From NCBI GenBank assembly GCA_964016885.1, contig OZ024742.1:95046001-95110000 (forward strand): a DNA stretch of 64,000 nucleotides, given 5' to 3'. This document shows, one piece after another, positions 14,327 to 28,080 of this stretch. This DNA comes from Eledone cirrhosa. Its lineage: Eukaryota. Positions within the stretch are counted from its first letter, which is position 1; every line of letters starts with the position of its first letter. The notes below the pieces were generated by a model. That model was not told where the DNA came from, did not search any database, and was given only the letters and a program-made list of their open reading frames with translations. Position numbers and translations under genes: made by a program.

Positions 14327-15012
14327 ACTTTGTAGTAATAATGATTTCTGATTTAGGTACAAGGCCAGCAATTTGAAGGGGAGAGACTGGTGCTTTATTT
14401 TATCTACCCCAGTGCATTACATTAATTAAAAATGATTTCTAATTTAGGCACAGCGCTAGCAAAATAAGGAGGAGGACAAATTTGAATAAATCAATTCTAT
14501 TACTTGACTGGTATTGTATTTGATTGAACTTTTGACTCTAAATGGATGAAAGGTAAAATTAACATTGGTAGAATTCAAACTCAGAATGTAAAGAGCCAGT
14601 AAAAATACTACAATCAGATTTTATATGAATCTCTACCAAATAACAATAATAAAAATAATAATAATAATAATCCAATTGAATCTCCATTGAAATAAAACTT
14701 CCATCATCCCAGCTCTTTCTTCGGGTTACAATTGACTATGTTCATAGCCAATATATCAGTGCCAAACTGATCTTAAGCTCTTTCACATTCAGCTTTATAT
14801 CACATATACAACCTCTGAAAATTTTCTTTCGACTAAATAAAAAAAGCCTCAATACTACTAAATCCTCAGCTTTAACCCAGCTATGTTGATTACTCTATCA
14901 CAGCAAGACATGACAATATATCTCTCAGAGAAAGTAAATTATTTATTGATTGATCTATTTATTGATAGATTGCTTTATATATATATATATATAATGTGTG
15001 TGCGTGTCTGTC

Positions 15013-15046
<34 letters not shown>

Positions 15047-15494
15047 CATATACACATTTAAATATACATACGTACACACATATATATATACACACATTTA
15101 TATATATGTGAATATATTCTTGGATTCTATTGCTATTGATGAAGGTTGTGATTTACCTTTTGCTTATATAATCATTATGGATGTAGGTATGGCTGACTGG
15201 TTAAGAAGTTCACTTTGTATTCATGAAGCACTGGGTTGATTCCATTTTGTGGTATCTTGGACAAGTGTTCATATCATAACTTTGGTTTGACCCCATGCCT
15301 TCTGAAGGAAATTAGGAGGAGGAGGAGGAAGGGAATGATCATATGTTTGCACTATGAAATTTTGTCTCTGAGGCATGGAGAAGATATTTTTATAGAAGAC
15401 CATCAGTTGCTGTGGCATGCTGGTCTCCCCTTTCTCTCTAGTCCACTGGTTTTGTCCAAGGGAAAGACAAAGGTCAATATAGTTTGACACTTGA

Positions 15495-15930
15495 TGACCT
15501 GGGATGAGGTGATAAAAGCCGACCTTACCCAATTACACCTCTCAAAGGCGATGACACACGACCGTGACCTCTGGCGTCACGCAGTAATACAGAGTACCCG
15601 ACCTCCCATGGGTACAAGCTGAAGCATATAGACAATATGCCCCCCCCCCCCCCCACTGCAAGGTGGTCGTGGAGGTGCCATGGCAAAAAAGCACCCAGCC
15701 GACACTGTAAAGTGGACGTGTAGGCGACACGAAAAAGCACCCAGCACTCACTGTAAATGAGGTTGGTGTTAGGAAGAGCATCTAGCTGTAGAAATCAAGC
15801 CAAATCAGTTCCTGTATGAGCAAGGCATGGTCAGCCGACCAGATACTGCCCACAACAGGACAACTCGTCTAACCCATGCTAGCGTGGAAGAACGGACATA
15901 AAACGGTGATGACGATGATGATGATGATGA
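15495..15930 (+). mobile_element. RTE LINE 3' end (5'-truncated)
   Basis: TWDEVIKADLTQLHLSKAMTHDRDLWRHAV, homologous to the C-terminus of the 43551 ORF; 3' UTR with ~48-bp modules and a (GAT)n tail. Confidence 0.9.
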
Positions 15931-17609
15931 CTTGTGATATCACACTCATTGATTCAATACAAGTGAACTGGAGCAACGTAATATAGAGTGTCTTTTCCAA
16001 GGACACTTACTTGCCACCCAGGCTGGGATCAAGCTCATAACCTCATGATTGTGAGCCCCACATTTTAACCACTAAAACATGTATGAATGAACTTAATTAA
16101 ACAGAAATTATTTTCAGAAACTCAACTAATAGGTTATATCTGTAATTCAAAGGGCTTCCCTTGTCACTTGTGTCAATGCTTTAGCTTAGGAATTATGTTA
16201 AGGGTACATGTACCTCTGGATTACTTAACCCTTTACATGTTAATCATAAACTGGACATTCAGTTGAATGAACAAATGGGTCACTCATCATTTGAATCAAC
16301 AGGATTACATTCTCTGTTATCATGTATACGTGTGTGTATATAGGTATATCTCAATCTTCATTGAATGATTAAATGCTGTAGATGAGTTTTTATTTCCAAT
16401 AAGATATTAATTTGACAACTGAATGCTCATCATCAAAGCCACAGAAGATCCATCATATAATCACTCTCATGGCATCAAGATAGCATGTTTGAATGCAATT
16501 GCGACTCTTGAATCCATCAAGGCAGTCATAACATAAGGTGTGCTTGATGACATTAAATCTGAAAGAGAGAGTGAAAGGTAGAGGAAGTAAGAAAGAGATA
16601 TAGAGAAAGAATCGACCTCTGTACTGGACTGGTTAATTTTTTATTGATCTAGAAAGGTTGAAAGGCCAACGTTGACTCCACTAGTATTTGAACTCAGCTA
16701 AAATGAATACTACAAGTGTTCTATGCGATATTCTAAAAACTCTTCCAATTTGCCACCTTCCAAGGAATTGGATTGAATTAAAAATGACTGTCACTCAGAC
16801 ATATATTATTGTAGTGAACTAAATGTGTATTTTCTTATTGCTTCATAATGATGATTAATCCTTCTTCGGTTTTAATTATGAACATCCAACTCATGACATA
16901 TTGTAGAATGGACCTCCAGTCAATTTCAGTGATGTGTTCCTATTGTTTAACTCTTAATATCCTGTAAGGGCTTAGCAGAAAATATTTAAATGTGCCTTTA
17001 TTAATTCAAAACTTTATAGTATCGTTACTAGTGGACAGATCTTTGTGAAAATGTGTAGCCAACTAAAGTAAAGACTGTGATAGAGATATAGTGTGGTTTT
17101 ATACTTTTCAAGAATGCCTTGCTAATGAGTTTCATGCTGTACCGGATATTATCTGCTAATAAACAGAAGGCTTGATTCATGAATTACGATGTAAGTGGTT
17201 GGGTATTCCACAAGTACATATACTCTTAATGTGCAAGTGTCGGCTGAAAATTCATAGGGTGACTACGAAGGAGAGATACTAGGGCTGCGAAATCTTCCAG
17301 GCACTAATTTCAACTATCCTTTTTTTATAACTGCATTGTTCCTTTCCAGGGACTAAGCTGAAAAATAAACTTCATTTGGTCATTCCATGAGAGTATCTTG
17401 TAATTCTCAAGACAAATCAGTTTGACAAATGTAACAAGGATGGTCTTGTAAATTTCATTTCCATCTACCTAATTTCAGTTAAAAAAGACGTGGCTTGCCC
17501 TGAGATTGTAATAAAAACATTTTCCCAATTTGCCACATAGTGGGATTGAACCAGAAAAATTGTGATTGAAAGCAAATGTCTTAACTCACTCAGGCCTGTT
17601 TCTTGACTC

Positions 17610-18170
17610 ATACACATGCATTCACACACACACACACACAGTCAAACACACAGACATTCACACACATACACATAAACATTCAAATGCACACATACATTCT
17701 CACAGACATTCACACACACACAGATATTCACACACAGTCTCACACACAAAAATACATTTACTCACAGAGACATTCACACACAAACACACACACAAAACAT
17801 CCACTCATAGAGACATTCACCCACACACACAAACATTCACAGTTATAGACAGTTTCCCCACATGCAGACATTCACTCACACACATTCATTCACACACATT
17901 CATTCACACACATTCATTCACACACATTCATTCACACACATTCATTCACACACATTCATTCACACACATTCATTCACACACACATTCATTTACACATATT
18001 CATTTACACACATTCATTCACACACATTCATTCACACACGTTCATTCACACACAATCATTCATTCACTCACATTCATGTATTCACTCACTCACATTCATT
18101 CACACACATACATGCAAACACAGACACACATATTTACACACACATTTACATACACACATTCTCACACTAT
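17610..18170. repeat. CA-rich minisatellite, 14-bp unit CACACATTCATTCA in its core
   Basis: Tandem units visible at 17870-18050; yields His/Thr/Ser-rich pseudo-ORFs in several frames. Confidence 0.9.
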
Positions 18171-18461
18171 TGTTCTATAGATTAGAAATTGAATGTGGCT
18201 ATAAGTTATGTGATATTAATCTATCATTCTACAGACACACTCACAGACAATCACAAACACATTATACATTGACATTGCCACACACACACACATAAATATA
18301 TACACTATATTTATAGTGGGGCATTTTCAATTACACTTGAGTGTGTATATACTTATAGATTTCAGTATCCTAATTTTTCTGAATACATTTATAAAGTTTG
18401 AATCTAACTCCCTCTGTGATTAAACACACATACACACACATATGTAAATTTATATGCCCCC

Positions 18462-18514
<53 letters not shown>

Positions 18515-18718
18515 TATATATTTAAAGTTATATAGAATTGTGTGTATCTGTGTATGATGGTATATCTATTCTATGTGGGTGTGTTATATATAAATATATA
18601 ACACGCACACACATATATATGTGTGTGTGTATGTGTGTGTCTGTCTATCGTGCAACCCAAGCAAGCATGGAAAAGAGGACGTAAAAACGATGATATATAT
18701 ATATATGTGCATATAAAC

Positions 18719-18754
<36 letters not shown>

Positions 18755-19098
18755 GTTTATATGCACATACATTTCAATACATGAACATACATACAGATAC
18801 ACCCAAGTCATAGAGTATCAATATTGCATTCTTGGAGCTAACAATATTTGTCACATTTAAATAGGATGTGTGAAGCAATTCCATCGAAAGAATTTCGGAA
18901 TTTATAATAAAACAGAAAGAGAAAAACCAAACATAATAAAAAGAAAGAAAGAAAAATAAAGAAATAAAAAAATAATGGTAAAATTGTGTATATGAGATCG
19001 GTGTGGAATTTAATTTGCATTGATGAATCTTTGGAAAATTCATGGGGAAATGTGATTAATTAAGAATGCTATTAATTCCAAAATACCTCTGCTATAGA

Positions 19099-19164
<66 letters not shown>

Positions 19165-19359
19165 CATATACATATATATAATGTACATATATATATGAAC
19201 ACACACTCTCATACTCACACACAAATAAAGAAAGGCCAAGTATATAACTTGATAATTGAGATTCCGAGAAGTTAGAAGGAATAAATATTAATAATGTCAA
19301 TAATATTAATGATGATGATGATAATGATAATGATGATGATGATAATAATAATAATGTTA

Positions 19360-20190
19360 ATAATGGCTTTGAAATTAGATACAAGGCCAACAATTTTTAA
19401 GGGGAGGCAAAATTCAAGGAAATTAATCTCAGTATTTGTGTAGTACATTATTTATCAATCACAGAATGAGGAAAGGCAGAGTTGACTTCATCAAGATTCG
19501 AACTCAGAGCCAGAAAAAATACTGCAAAGCATTATTTCAAACGCTTTAGTTCTGCTCCCAATCTGCTGTGTTTTTTTTTAAATATTATTAGTAATAGTTT
19601 CTAATTTAGGTTCCAGCCCTACTATTTCAGGGTAGGGAAATTCAATTGGATTGATTCCAGTACCTTCCTTATATTTTATTTCATTGATCCTAGAAAGATG
19701 GAAGGCAAAACTGATCTTGGCAAGATGTGAGTGCATAGAGTCAGAACATATTCCACAAAACATGTTGTGTAACACTCTAATGGTTCTACCAATCTATCCC
19801 ATTTATATTAAATGATTAAGTTGTTGCAACTTGTGCAGCCTGTCATCAGGGTGCCACCGTAGACATTTAACTGAATGTCCATCATTGGACCTTAGAAATG
19901 TTCAACAGTGCCCATCTCCTTTTCAAGCATCCAGTCCCTCATGAAGTCTAGCTTGCTAGCACTATAATAATTGTTTCTAGATTTAGAACAAAGCCAGTAA
20001 TTATTAGAGATGGGGAAAGTTGATTAAATGAAGCCAAGTACATAAGTGGTACTTTATTTTATCAACCAAAAAAAGCTGAAAGACAAATTTGACCATGGCA
20101 GGATTTGAAATCTGATTGTAAAGGGCCATGACTAAATAGAGCAAAGCATTTTGTCCGACAATTTAATGACTCTGGAAATTCACTACACTT
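19360..20190 (-). mobile_element. Cluster of three decayed SINE family B copies
   Basis: Repeated GAAAGGCAAAGTTGAC..GATTTGAACTCAG-like and TTTCTAATTTAGG motifs at about 19360-19560, 19590-19790 and 19965-20190. Confidence 0.7.
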
Positions 20191-20959
20191 GCCAGCTTTG
20201 TAATAATAAACAACATAGTTAGTTTAAATATAAAAGAATATCAAATGTTCGACAAAATATGTTGGATAACTATGGGAATAACAACAAACTTGTGAGAGTG
20301 ATCTGTAACATGTGTCAATAGACAAAGGCTTAAAATAATAATAAAAATAATAGTATTGATAGATATATACAGCATACAAAAAATAGTAGTGCTATGCATT
20401 GTACACATATCACAAAGAATACTCTCAATACAATAGAAACAACACCAGAAAATACCATAATGTACATAGCCAAGGTTCACAGAGCTGCCTTCAGTAATGC
20501 AGTGATGTTGTGCAATAAAAATAAAAATAATAATAATAATAATTTTAAAATAAACACTGAAGCATTGATTGAGTTCAAATACTTAGAAAATGTAGATAAT
20601 TTCTTTTTATGCTCAAAAGGGACAAGATAATAAAATACAACAGAAAGTGGATTTTATGTAATGTAAAGGTAAAGGATAATCAACAGAGAAAAAACATCAA
20701 GGGCATTGAAAGTGTCCACTGCCAGTTTCTTTCCTCATCAATCTAACCCTTCTTTCTCCTCTTTTATGAAACACACATGAAGATAAGATTTCCCTCTCTT
20801 CTTCAAGTGGTACTTAAAGTTGATGAGATGATGTGTGCTTGGCCAGAGAGGAAGGTTCTTGTCCTCAAACCTTTATCCAGTGATAATAAATATTCATGTT
20901 AACAATACGAAAATTATAATAAATGTCAATAAGGACACGTTTCCCAATAATAATAATAA

Positions 20960-21320
20960 TAATTCTTATAATTATTTGAAACTTCTGTTGATTTGGGCTC
21001 CTTTCCAATATCTTGCCAAGTGTCAACCTGATGCCTGAGGCATAATCTGATAATACACACATTTTACAACCAATTGTCATACAAATGATGCCATAAGTTC
21101 ATAAACCACAGTAAATATCTTTGCAAGGTGTTTAAATTGATAATGCCCTTCTCAGAATATGGACAGTGTCAGTCAGCACTACATTATTTTCTGTATCTCT
21201 TGCAGGGATGGCTGTCCAGGTATCTGGTCAAAGTATTTTTCAGTTCCTTTTTTTATCATACCAAGTGCACCAACTAACATTGGTATTGTATACCCTTTAA
21301 GATGTCACATTCCCACCTCC
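20960..21320 (-). pseudogene. R4/Dong-type LINE 3' terminus
   Basis: Reverse strand reads TIPMLVGALGMIKK..KYFDQIPGQPSLQEIQK..TVHILRRALSI; homologous to 37320-37480. Confidence 0.75.
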
Positions 21321-21379
21321 TGTTACTGCATCTGGGTGATGGTTGTACCATTTTCCCTCCATTATTGTTATTAATATTA

Positions 21380-21860
21380 TTATCTATGGGCTAATATTCT
21401 TTAACAGGCCTTGGAAGCTCTTCAAGATAGTATCTAATGCTCCTATGACGATGGAGACGACCTTGATCTCATGACTGTCCAAAATCATTTTCAGTGAATT
21501 CGGACTAGGTGTTTATAATCAGGTACCATGTGAGCTACAGTTTCTTCTCTCTTCCCACAGATCCTACAGAGTGGCCTAGCCTCCTCCTTGTCAATATGGT
21601 GTTTCATCCACTTCGTACTAAGGGCCTGTTTCCTGTGCAGCATGTAGCATTTCCTCTGTTACTTTATTAAGGTCCCCTTTCTTTAACCAATTCCATGTCT
21701 GCAGATGGCTGAATTCTGTTTTCTTTACAAAGATGCTATAAAGGACCTTTTCATTCAGATTGTTCTTCCTCTTTGTTGTTACATCTTCCTTGGACATCCT
21801 CTGGTCTATTTTCTCCTCCTTCAATATGGCCTTAAGCATTGGTTCATTACTCTGACACAC
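21380..21860 (-). pseudogene. R4/Dong-type LINE fragment (pre-CCHC region joined to C-terminus)
   Basis: TWNWLKKGDLNKVTEEMLHAAQE, then frameshifted SPLCRICGKREETVAHMV and IKVVSIVIGALD. Confidence 0.8.
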
Positions 21861-21869
21861 ATTATTATT

Positions 21870-22080
21870 ATTGGCAGTATCGGTAGAGCGTCGGACACTC
21901 TGTTTTGTGGCATAGAGTTACAGCCCATTATATTATGGGTTCAATTATTGCTGAGGTGAGCTTTGCCTCTCATCCTTATGGGGTAGATGAAATAAAGCAC
22001 CAGTAATGCACTGGGATTGATTTAATCGATTCTTCCCCCTTGCCGGTCTTGTGCCTAAAGTAAGAACAATTATTATTATT
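21870..22080 (+). mobile_element. SINE family B
   Basis: TTGGCAGTATCGGTAGAGCGTCGGAC head, CTTTGCCTCTCATCCTTATGGGG core, (ATT)n tail. Confidence 0.85.
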
Positions 22081-25000
22081 ATTCATATTATATGAATGAC
22101 AAAGGTAATGAAAATAATATTTTCTAGCTTTTTCTTGTGTAAGGCTATATTTTTAGTAGAGAGGAGAGGGAGAGTTATTTTCAATTGAATCAATTCAAAT
22201 AAATAAGCAGTAGTTAGTTTTAATTTATAGCAGGAGTGAGTTGGTTGGATGAAAAGCCAAGTTGACCTTCACCTTCATTGCAAGTATGCATCTAGTACAC
22301 TCGGTAATGTGGTTGATAAAATGGAGGACATCCTACTGTAGAAACAATACCAAAGGTTCAAATGAACTCTTCATTTGGGTCAAGTTCCCTAGTGCTGATG
22401 CCATGATAAAATGCACCCAGTATACTCCATAAAGTGGTTGAGGATAGGAAGGGCATCCAACTCTAAAACCATGCCCAAACTGAAACATGTATAATCAAGA
22501 CGTGCCCTTTGATCTGTCTGATTGGAGAATAGCTCTAATAAAATACTAAATTAGTCTGTGATGACCAGTACAACCGACGGCAACATAGAAAAACCAACAT
22601 TAAATGATGTTGAGGAGGAGAAGAAATGTTTGAAGTGTGTTTGCTTCAGATTGAAATAGAGATTGGATGAAGTAGTCTACAGTACATAACTAGCACTTGT
22701 TTTTAACAACATTGGGATTCACAAGATTTGAACTTAGAAGGTAGAAATACAAAGATTCAATCATTTGTATCATTCCTCTCAAAGATGGTGCTTGGGTATT
22801 CAACACTCTAGTCTAGTCCTATAATATTCTCTCCACTCTTCCAAACAAAATGATTTAAACTTAGTGGAAAGAAACTCTTAGGGGGGCTAGATAGCAGAAA
22901 GTCTTCAGAGAAGAAACCTCCATAAGCAAGTTTCTCAGCCATTAACTTCTTACACTCTAAGAGGGCCAGGCTGGGCCACATCCTGGGTGCCCTTCTGCTG
23001 CCATTTAGCCATTTGGACATCAGAAGCATGTTGTGTATTTAAACCGTATGGAGATTTTGTTCACAAGATCTAGTTGGAACTCCTTTCTGTGTTACGAATG
23101 TCAAGCCTGTTTGTTTTCCTAGAGCTGAAAAAAAAGTGTGGTGTATGCTGGTCATGATGTAGTGTATACATATATTACAGTATGATGTGTTATGGATGTG
23201 TGCTGTGAGGTGCAAGATAGAGGTGAGAGAAACAGGTGGCAAGGTAAATTGTAAGCAAAGAGAAATTAATTAACATTTTCTCCCCACTCACCCACCCATT
23301 CTGCTTATCTTTGAACCACACTGTCAGAATTGATCTGTGAACCACACTGTCAGAATTGATATATATTTCATCATCAACATCATCACCAAGACCATCACCA
23401 CTACCAATACAATCACCATTATCATCATCATTGCACCAGAACCAATACAACCACTAGTCCCATGACTACTTAATCATATTCAACACTGTTATTTTAACAC
23501 GTAATTTACCATTCTAGAATGGGTTATGGAAGCTGTGCAATACAGCATTTTTCCATTTAACCAATATAATATTGAATTATTCCTAATCCCTAACATTGGT
23601 TTTCATCCATAAAATCTTCTATGATAAAAAAAAAAAGAATTGTTATTTATAGTCGTGGCCACACTTGTTGCTATCTTCAGATTTTTGCTATATTGTAGTA
23701 ATTTTGATTTTTAATATTTTGTTGATTTTTAATTGTCAGATTCATAATCGTCATTATAATTTTATATCTACTTTACATACTGGCTTAGGTAAGATGGTTA
23801 ACAACCCAACAAACTGATATAAATTAATTTTTCATTTGTTTGATTTTTTAAAAATTTATCTATTATTGACTTAGGATTATATTCTAATTTATAATTATCA
23901 AAGCTAGATTTCTTTGTACATGTACTTTAAAGCTCTGAAGATGACCATGAAATTAAACAAATGCTCAAATTGTGAACAAAAGAAACAAAATGAACTCCCT
24001 ATACTACTTAGTCTGCTCTCCAGCAATATGAAGATGGATCCTCTGTCAGTTTCAACGATGAGCATTTAGATCTTCAATCAACTGTCTAGACTACTCATAA
24101 ATTAATGTGTAAGGAGTTGAGTACTCCATTGATATATGTACCCTGAACCTAATTCTCCCAAGCTGAATTAGCATGACACAATGTCAAATAGCTGAATCTT
24201 TGAATTTCAAGTACAGTCCATCTGATAGGCTTTTCAAACAGTTTCCATTGACCCTGGCTGGCATAAGGCTATTAAAGGATATTAGCATCATATGAGATGC
24301 AATGGGATTGAAGCAAGGATCTTATTGAGCAAATCGGACATTTTAACCACTCAGTTATGCCTTCTTTCATGGAAATAGACAATACTTAATGACTCAACAC
24401 AGAGTTTATTGTTCATGTCTATACATGTATTATGTGTTGAATATATACTGTATAGACAAACACACACAGCCTGATACTATTCACTGGGATTGAACCCAGG
24501 ACATTATAATGCAAAGTTAGTTTCTTAAACATTAAACCATGCTATATTCCCACATAGCATAGCACTTAATAGTAATAAAATTACAAAGTACTGAATTAAC
24601 AACACACATTTTTAAAATGTTCATACCAAACTGCCTGAAACCAACCATGCTTCTGTGATACAAAACTGTTTGTTATATTTTCATCATCATGGTCACTGTT
24701 TAACAGCTATGTTAAATGCGTGCATGTTATGTGATCACATCTAGCTCATATGTTCCATTTTGGGGTTGGTTTTCTACAGCTGGATGCCTTCCTAATGCTC
24801 ATCACTTTGTATCATGTAATAGGAGCTATTTTTGTGACATCAACACTATCACCTTACAGGCTAAGGGGGGTGTTTTTATTGCAGCATCAGCACGACTTTA
24901 TATTTATCTAAAAACTTTCCATCATAATTCCATACAAGAAAGTTATTAATTTATCCACCAAAGACCAGCTTGATCAAGAATTTGGATTTCAAAATAATTT

Positions 25001-25508
25001 GAAAATTACAGGCAGTGTATTTTATTAGAAGAAGGGTTAACCCATTTACATTTACAGTATAATACTTCCTAGTAATGAGATAACAAACAGTTGATGCATT
25101 CAATTACTGAAATAACAAAAAACACTCAATCTAGTACAACATTCAGCTAAATATGAGTCTCTAAGCTATAAAATTTATCACTAATCAGTAACTATTTAAC
25201 TCTAGCACAATGACAAGATTTCTAAATAATTAATGAGGCTGTTATATTACATGAAATCATTGATATATTTCTGTTTGTGGCTTTTACATTCTCATGATTT
25301 TTAAATAGTAAGTGTGTCTGCCGATATGAATATGTTCATGAAGTTGGGCCTCAAGGTATATTTCTATTAATGTGCATGGTATGGTAAAATATAGTGGTGT
25401 TATATATTCTGTGTATGTGTGTGAGTATATATGTGTTTAAGTGATTTTGCAAGAAATTTGTTTCAATGGAAAATGGTTTATGTCTATATATATATATATA
25501 TATATATA

Positions 25509-25874
25509 CAAGAAGAACAGATAGAGACATTCAATGTAGAAGAGCACTGGGAGTTCCTAAATAATAACTTACTAGAGGCGACGGATGAGGTCTGTGGCTG
25601 GAGTAAGACCACAAGCAGGAGGAGAGTGACTTGGTGGTGGAACAATAAGGTAGATGTGGCAGTTAAGGCCAGGAGACAGGCATGGAAAGAATGGAAGAAT
25701 GGGGGGAGCAGGGTACATTACATAGAGACCGAGAGGGAAGCTAGGCGACAAGTATACTTAGCTAGGAGGGAAGCAGAGGATAGAAAATTCAAGCATGGTC
25801 AGCCGACCAGACACTGCCCACAACAGGAGAACCCGTCTAACCCATGCTAGCATGGAAGAACGGACGTAAAACGG

Positions 25875-25905
<31 letters not shown>
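25509..25905 (+). mobile_element. Internally deleted RTE: EN-RT linker fused directly to the 3' tail, inside (TA)n
   Basis: EEHWEFLNNNLLEATDEVCGW..TWWWNNKVDVAVKARRQAWKEW joined near 25790 to the tail CATGGTCAGCCGACC..GGACGTAAAACGG(TGA)n. Confidence 0.85.
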
Positions 25906-26519
25906 ATATATATATATATCGTTTTTGAATTTGTTTTGCAAGATATCTTATCTGAAAACGTGTGTTGAAACAGATATAGTAATACTTTGGGAGGGTCATG
26001 CTGCCAATAAAAACACACATACACCTGTCGGTTTCCACTTTAATTTATTATAAATTTTTGCCTGGCTGGTTGGTTCAATAACTGGATGGTTGTTTATATA
26101 TTGTCGACGTCTTTCATCACACATTCCCAGAACTCCTTAGTGACTGGGCTTTTATTTTTTTGTCTCTCCTTTGTTCTCTCCTACACCATCTTGTTTTTGT
26201 GTGTTGTGTGCTTAGTTTGCGCTTGTATTACATCCAGGTGTGTGTGTGTTCTTTTTATTCATTTGCGTATTTATGTGTTTATTTATTTATCAATAGTTGG
26301 TTGGTTGTTCTATCTGTGTGGTCTGATTTGTTTTGTTAACTTGGTTTTTGTGTGGTCTTTCAACTATCTTCATATTTAATTTAAGCTAGTTTAGGGCTCT
26401 TCTAAATTTGTAAGCTAGTTCACCTCTCGGGGTTATATATAAGAATATTACACTCTGGTATTTATTGCTATCATACCATGAGTTTATTTTATTTGCCTTA
26501 TTCTCAATCCTTTCTATTC

Positions 26520-27430
26520 TGTTCCAAAATTTGCTCCTATACATTGGGCAAGTCCCATTTGCATCATTTTTACAATTTTTGCCCATTTGGTCCTGGCTCC
26601 TTTATATACCCTGATCTTGTCTCTCTGACTGTAGCCAGAGAACTGCATGTGGTAGATGAAGTGTTGTATGTGTCTCTCTAATTATTTGGAGTTGCACATG
26701 CGGGACACGTTCCTCGTCATACTTACTAAGTCCGCAATCAGTATATTGATATTTATGTGATCCAGAGTTTTGCTGGATCAGGCACCTTTATCATCCTGGA
26801 CACTCTACTCACCAATGAAATCGCAATTTTTTCTAACACACTGCCTCACAATCCGGTACACCTCCTGTTTCTGGTCCTCACACTACAAAATATGCTTGAA
26901 TTTTTTATCCTCTGCTTCACTTCTAGCAAAGTATACTTGTCACCTAGCTTCCCTCCTGGTCTCTATGTAATGTACCCTGCTCCCCCACTCTTTTTTGTTT
27001 TCATGCCTGTCTCTTGGCCTTAATTGCTTCATCTACCTTATTCTTCCACCACCAAGTCACTCTTCACCATAGTCTTGTCCCAACCACAGATCTCGTCTGT
27101 TGCTTTCAGTAGGTTATTTTTTATGAACTCCCAGTGCTCTTCTACATTGAATGTCTCTATCTATTCTTCTTTAAGCACCAAGTAAAATATCTCTAAATTT
27201 ACTGGCTGAGGGATCTTTCAGTTTCCAGATATGTCTTCTCAAGGTCGCCGTTTGTTTCAAAGTTCGCCTAGCTCTGGCAATGAGTTTGCTGACTACTAGG
27301 CTGTGGTTGGGGTGCATTCTTTGCCTGGGAAGGCTTCCATGTTTACAATCATCCATCTATCTCGTTCTCTGATAAGGATAAAATCTATCTAGCTAGTATG
27401 CTCCCCGGATCTATAGGTGATCAGTTAGTT
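26520..27430 (-). pseudogene. Decayed RTE ORF2 fragment (EN C-terminus, linker, start of RT)
   Basis: HSLVVSKL..IWKLKDP; 26880-27170 is an inverted homologue of 25510-25790. Confidence 0.8.
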
Positions 27431-27505
27431 GTTGTATTATATATATGAATGAATGTATACATTTATATAAATGTATATATATATATATATGAATAAATGT
27501 ATATA

Positions 27506-28080
27506 CAGGTCGTCCATAAAGTCTCTTTACAATTTAAAAAGTATATTACAAAGATAATTGATGAGAAAATCATAATCAGATTTGTTTTATGTACTCAGTT
27601 GTTATCAAAATTTTTAATCAGATTGCATTTGTGTATTTCCAATATTCTGCTGACGAAAGAGGTACTGTTAAATGAGCTCTTAAAAAATGGCTACTCCTCA
27701 AGAAAAGGCACAATGTGTGTCATGCTTTACTGAAACAAAATCGGATACGCAGACTCAGCGAAACTACAGAGCTAAGTATGGAAGTGTTCCACAGCATACC
27801 CATCAATTTGTGTATGGCACAAGAAATTTATGGAGACAGGGACAGTGTTGGATAAAAGGAGGAGTGGACGACCAAGAACATCTGAGGAAAACATTGATCA
27901 TGTAAGACAAGCATTTCAGCATTCTCCTATAAAGTCCATCGTACTGCTGCCAGACAGTTATAGCTGCCACATTCAACAGTACAAAAATTCCTACACAAGA
28001 ATTTGCGATTGTCCGCTTACAAAGTGCAACTCTTACAGGTACTTGAGCCAAATGATAAATCAACACGAAAAGAGTTTGCA
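27506..28080 (+). mobile_element. Tc1/mariner transposon 5' fragment (left TIR + HTH region of transposase)
   Basis: TA|CAGGTCGTCCATAAAGTC TIR-like start. Frameshifted MATPQEKAQCVSCFTETKS, ETGTVLDKRRSGRPRTS (GRPR motif) and LHKNLRLSAYKVQLLQVLEPND. Truncated by a SINE before the catalytic domain. Confidence 0.85.

Noticed and set aside
17566-18185. 204-aa His-rich ORF resembling a histidine-rich protein
   Set aside because: Translation of a CA-rich 14-bp minisatellite that is open in several frames; no signal peptide or non-repetitive domain.
19800-19895. Minus-strand peptide GHSVKCLRWHPDD resembling a WD40 repeat
   Set aside because: In-frame stop just upstream, weak acceptor, no donor and no neighbouring repeats.
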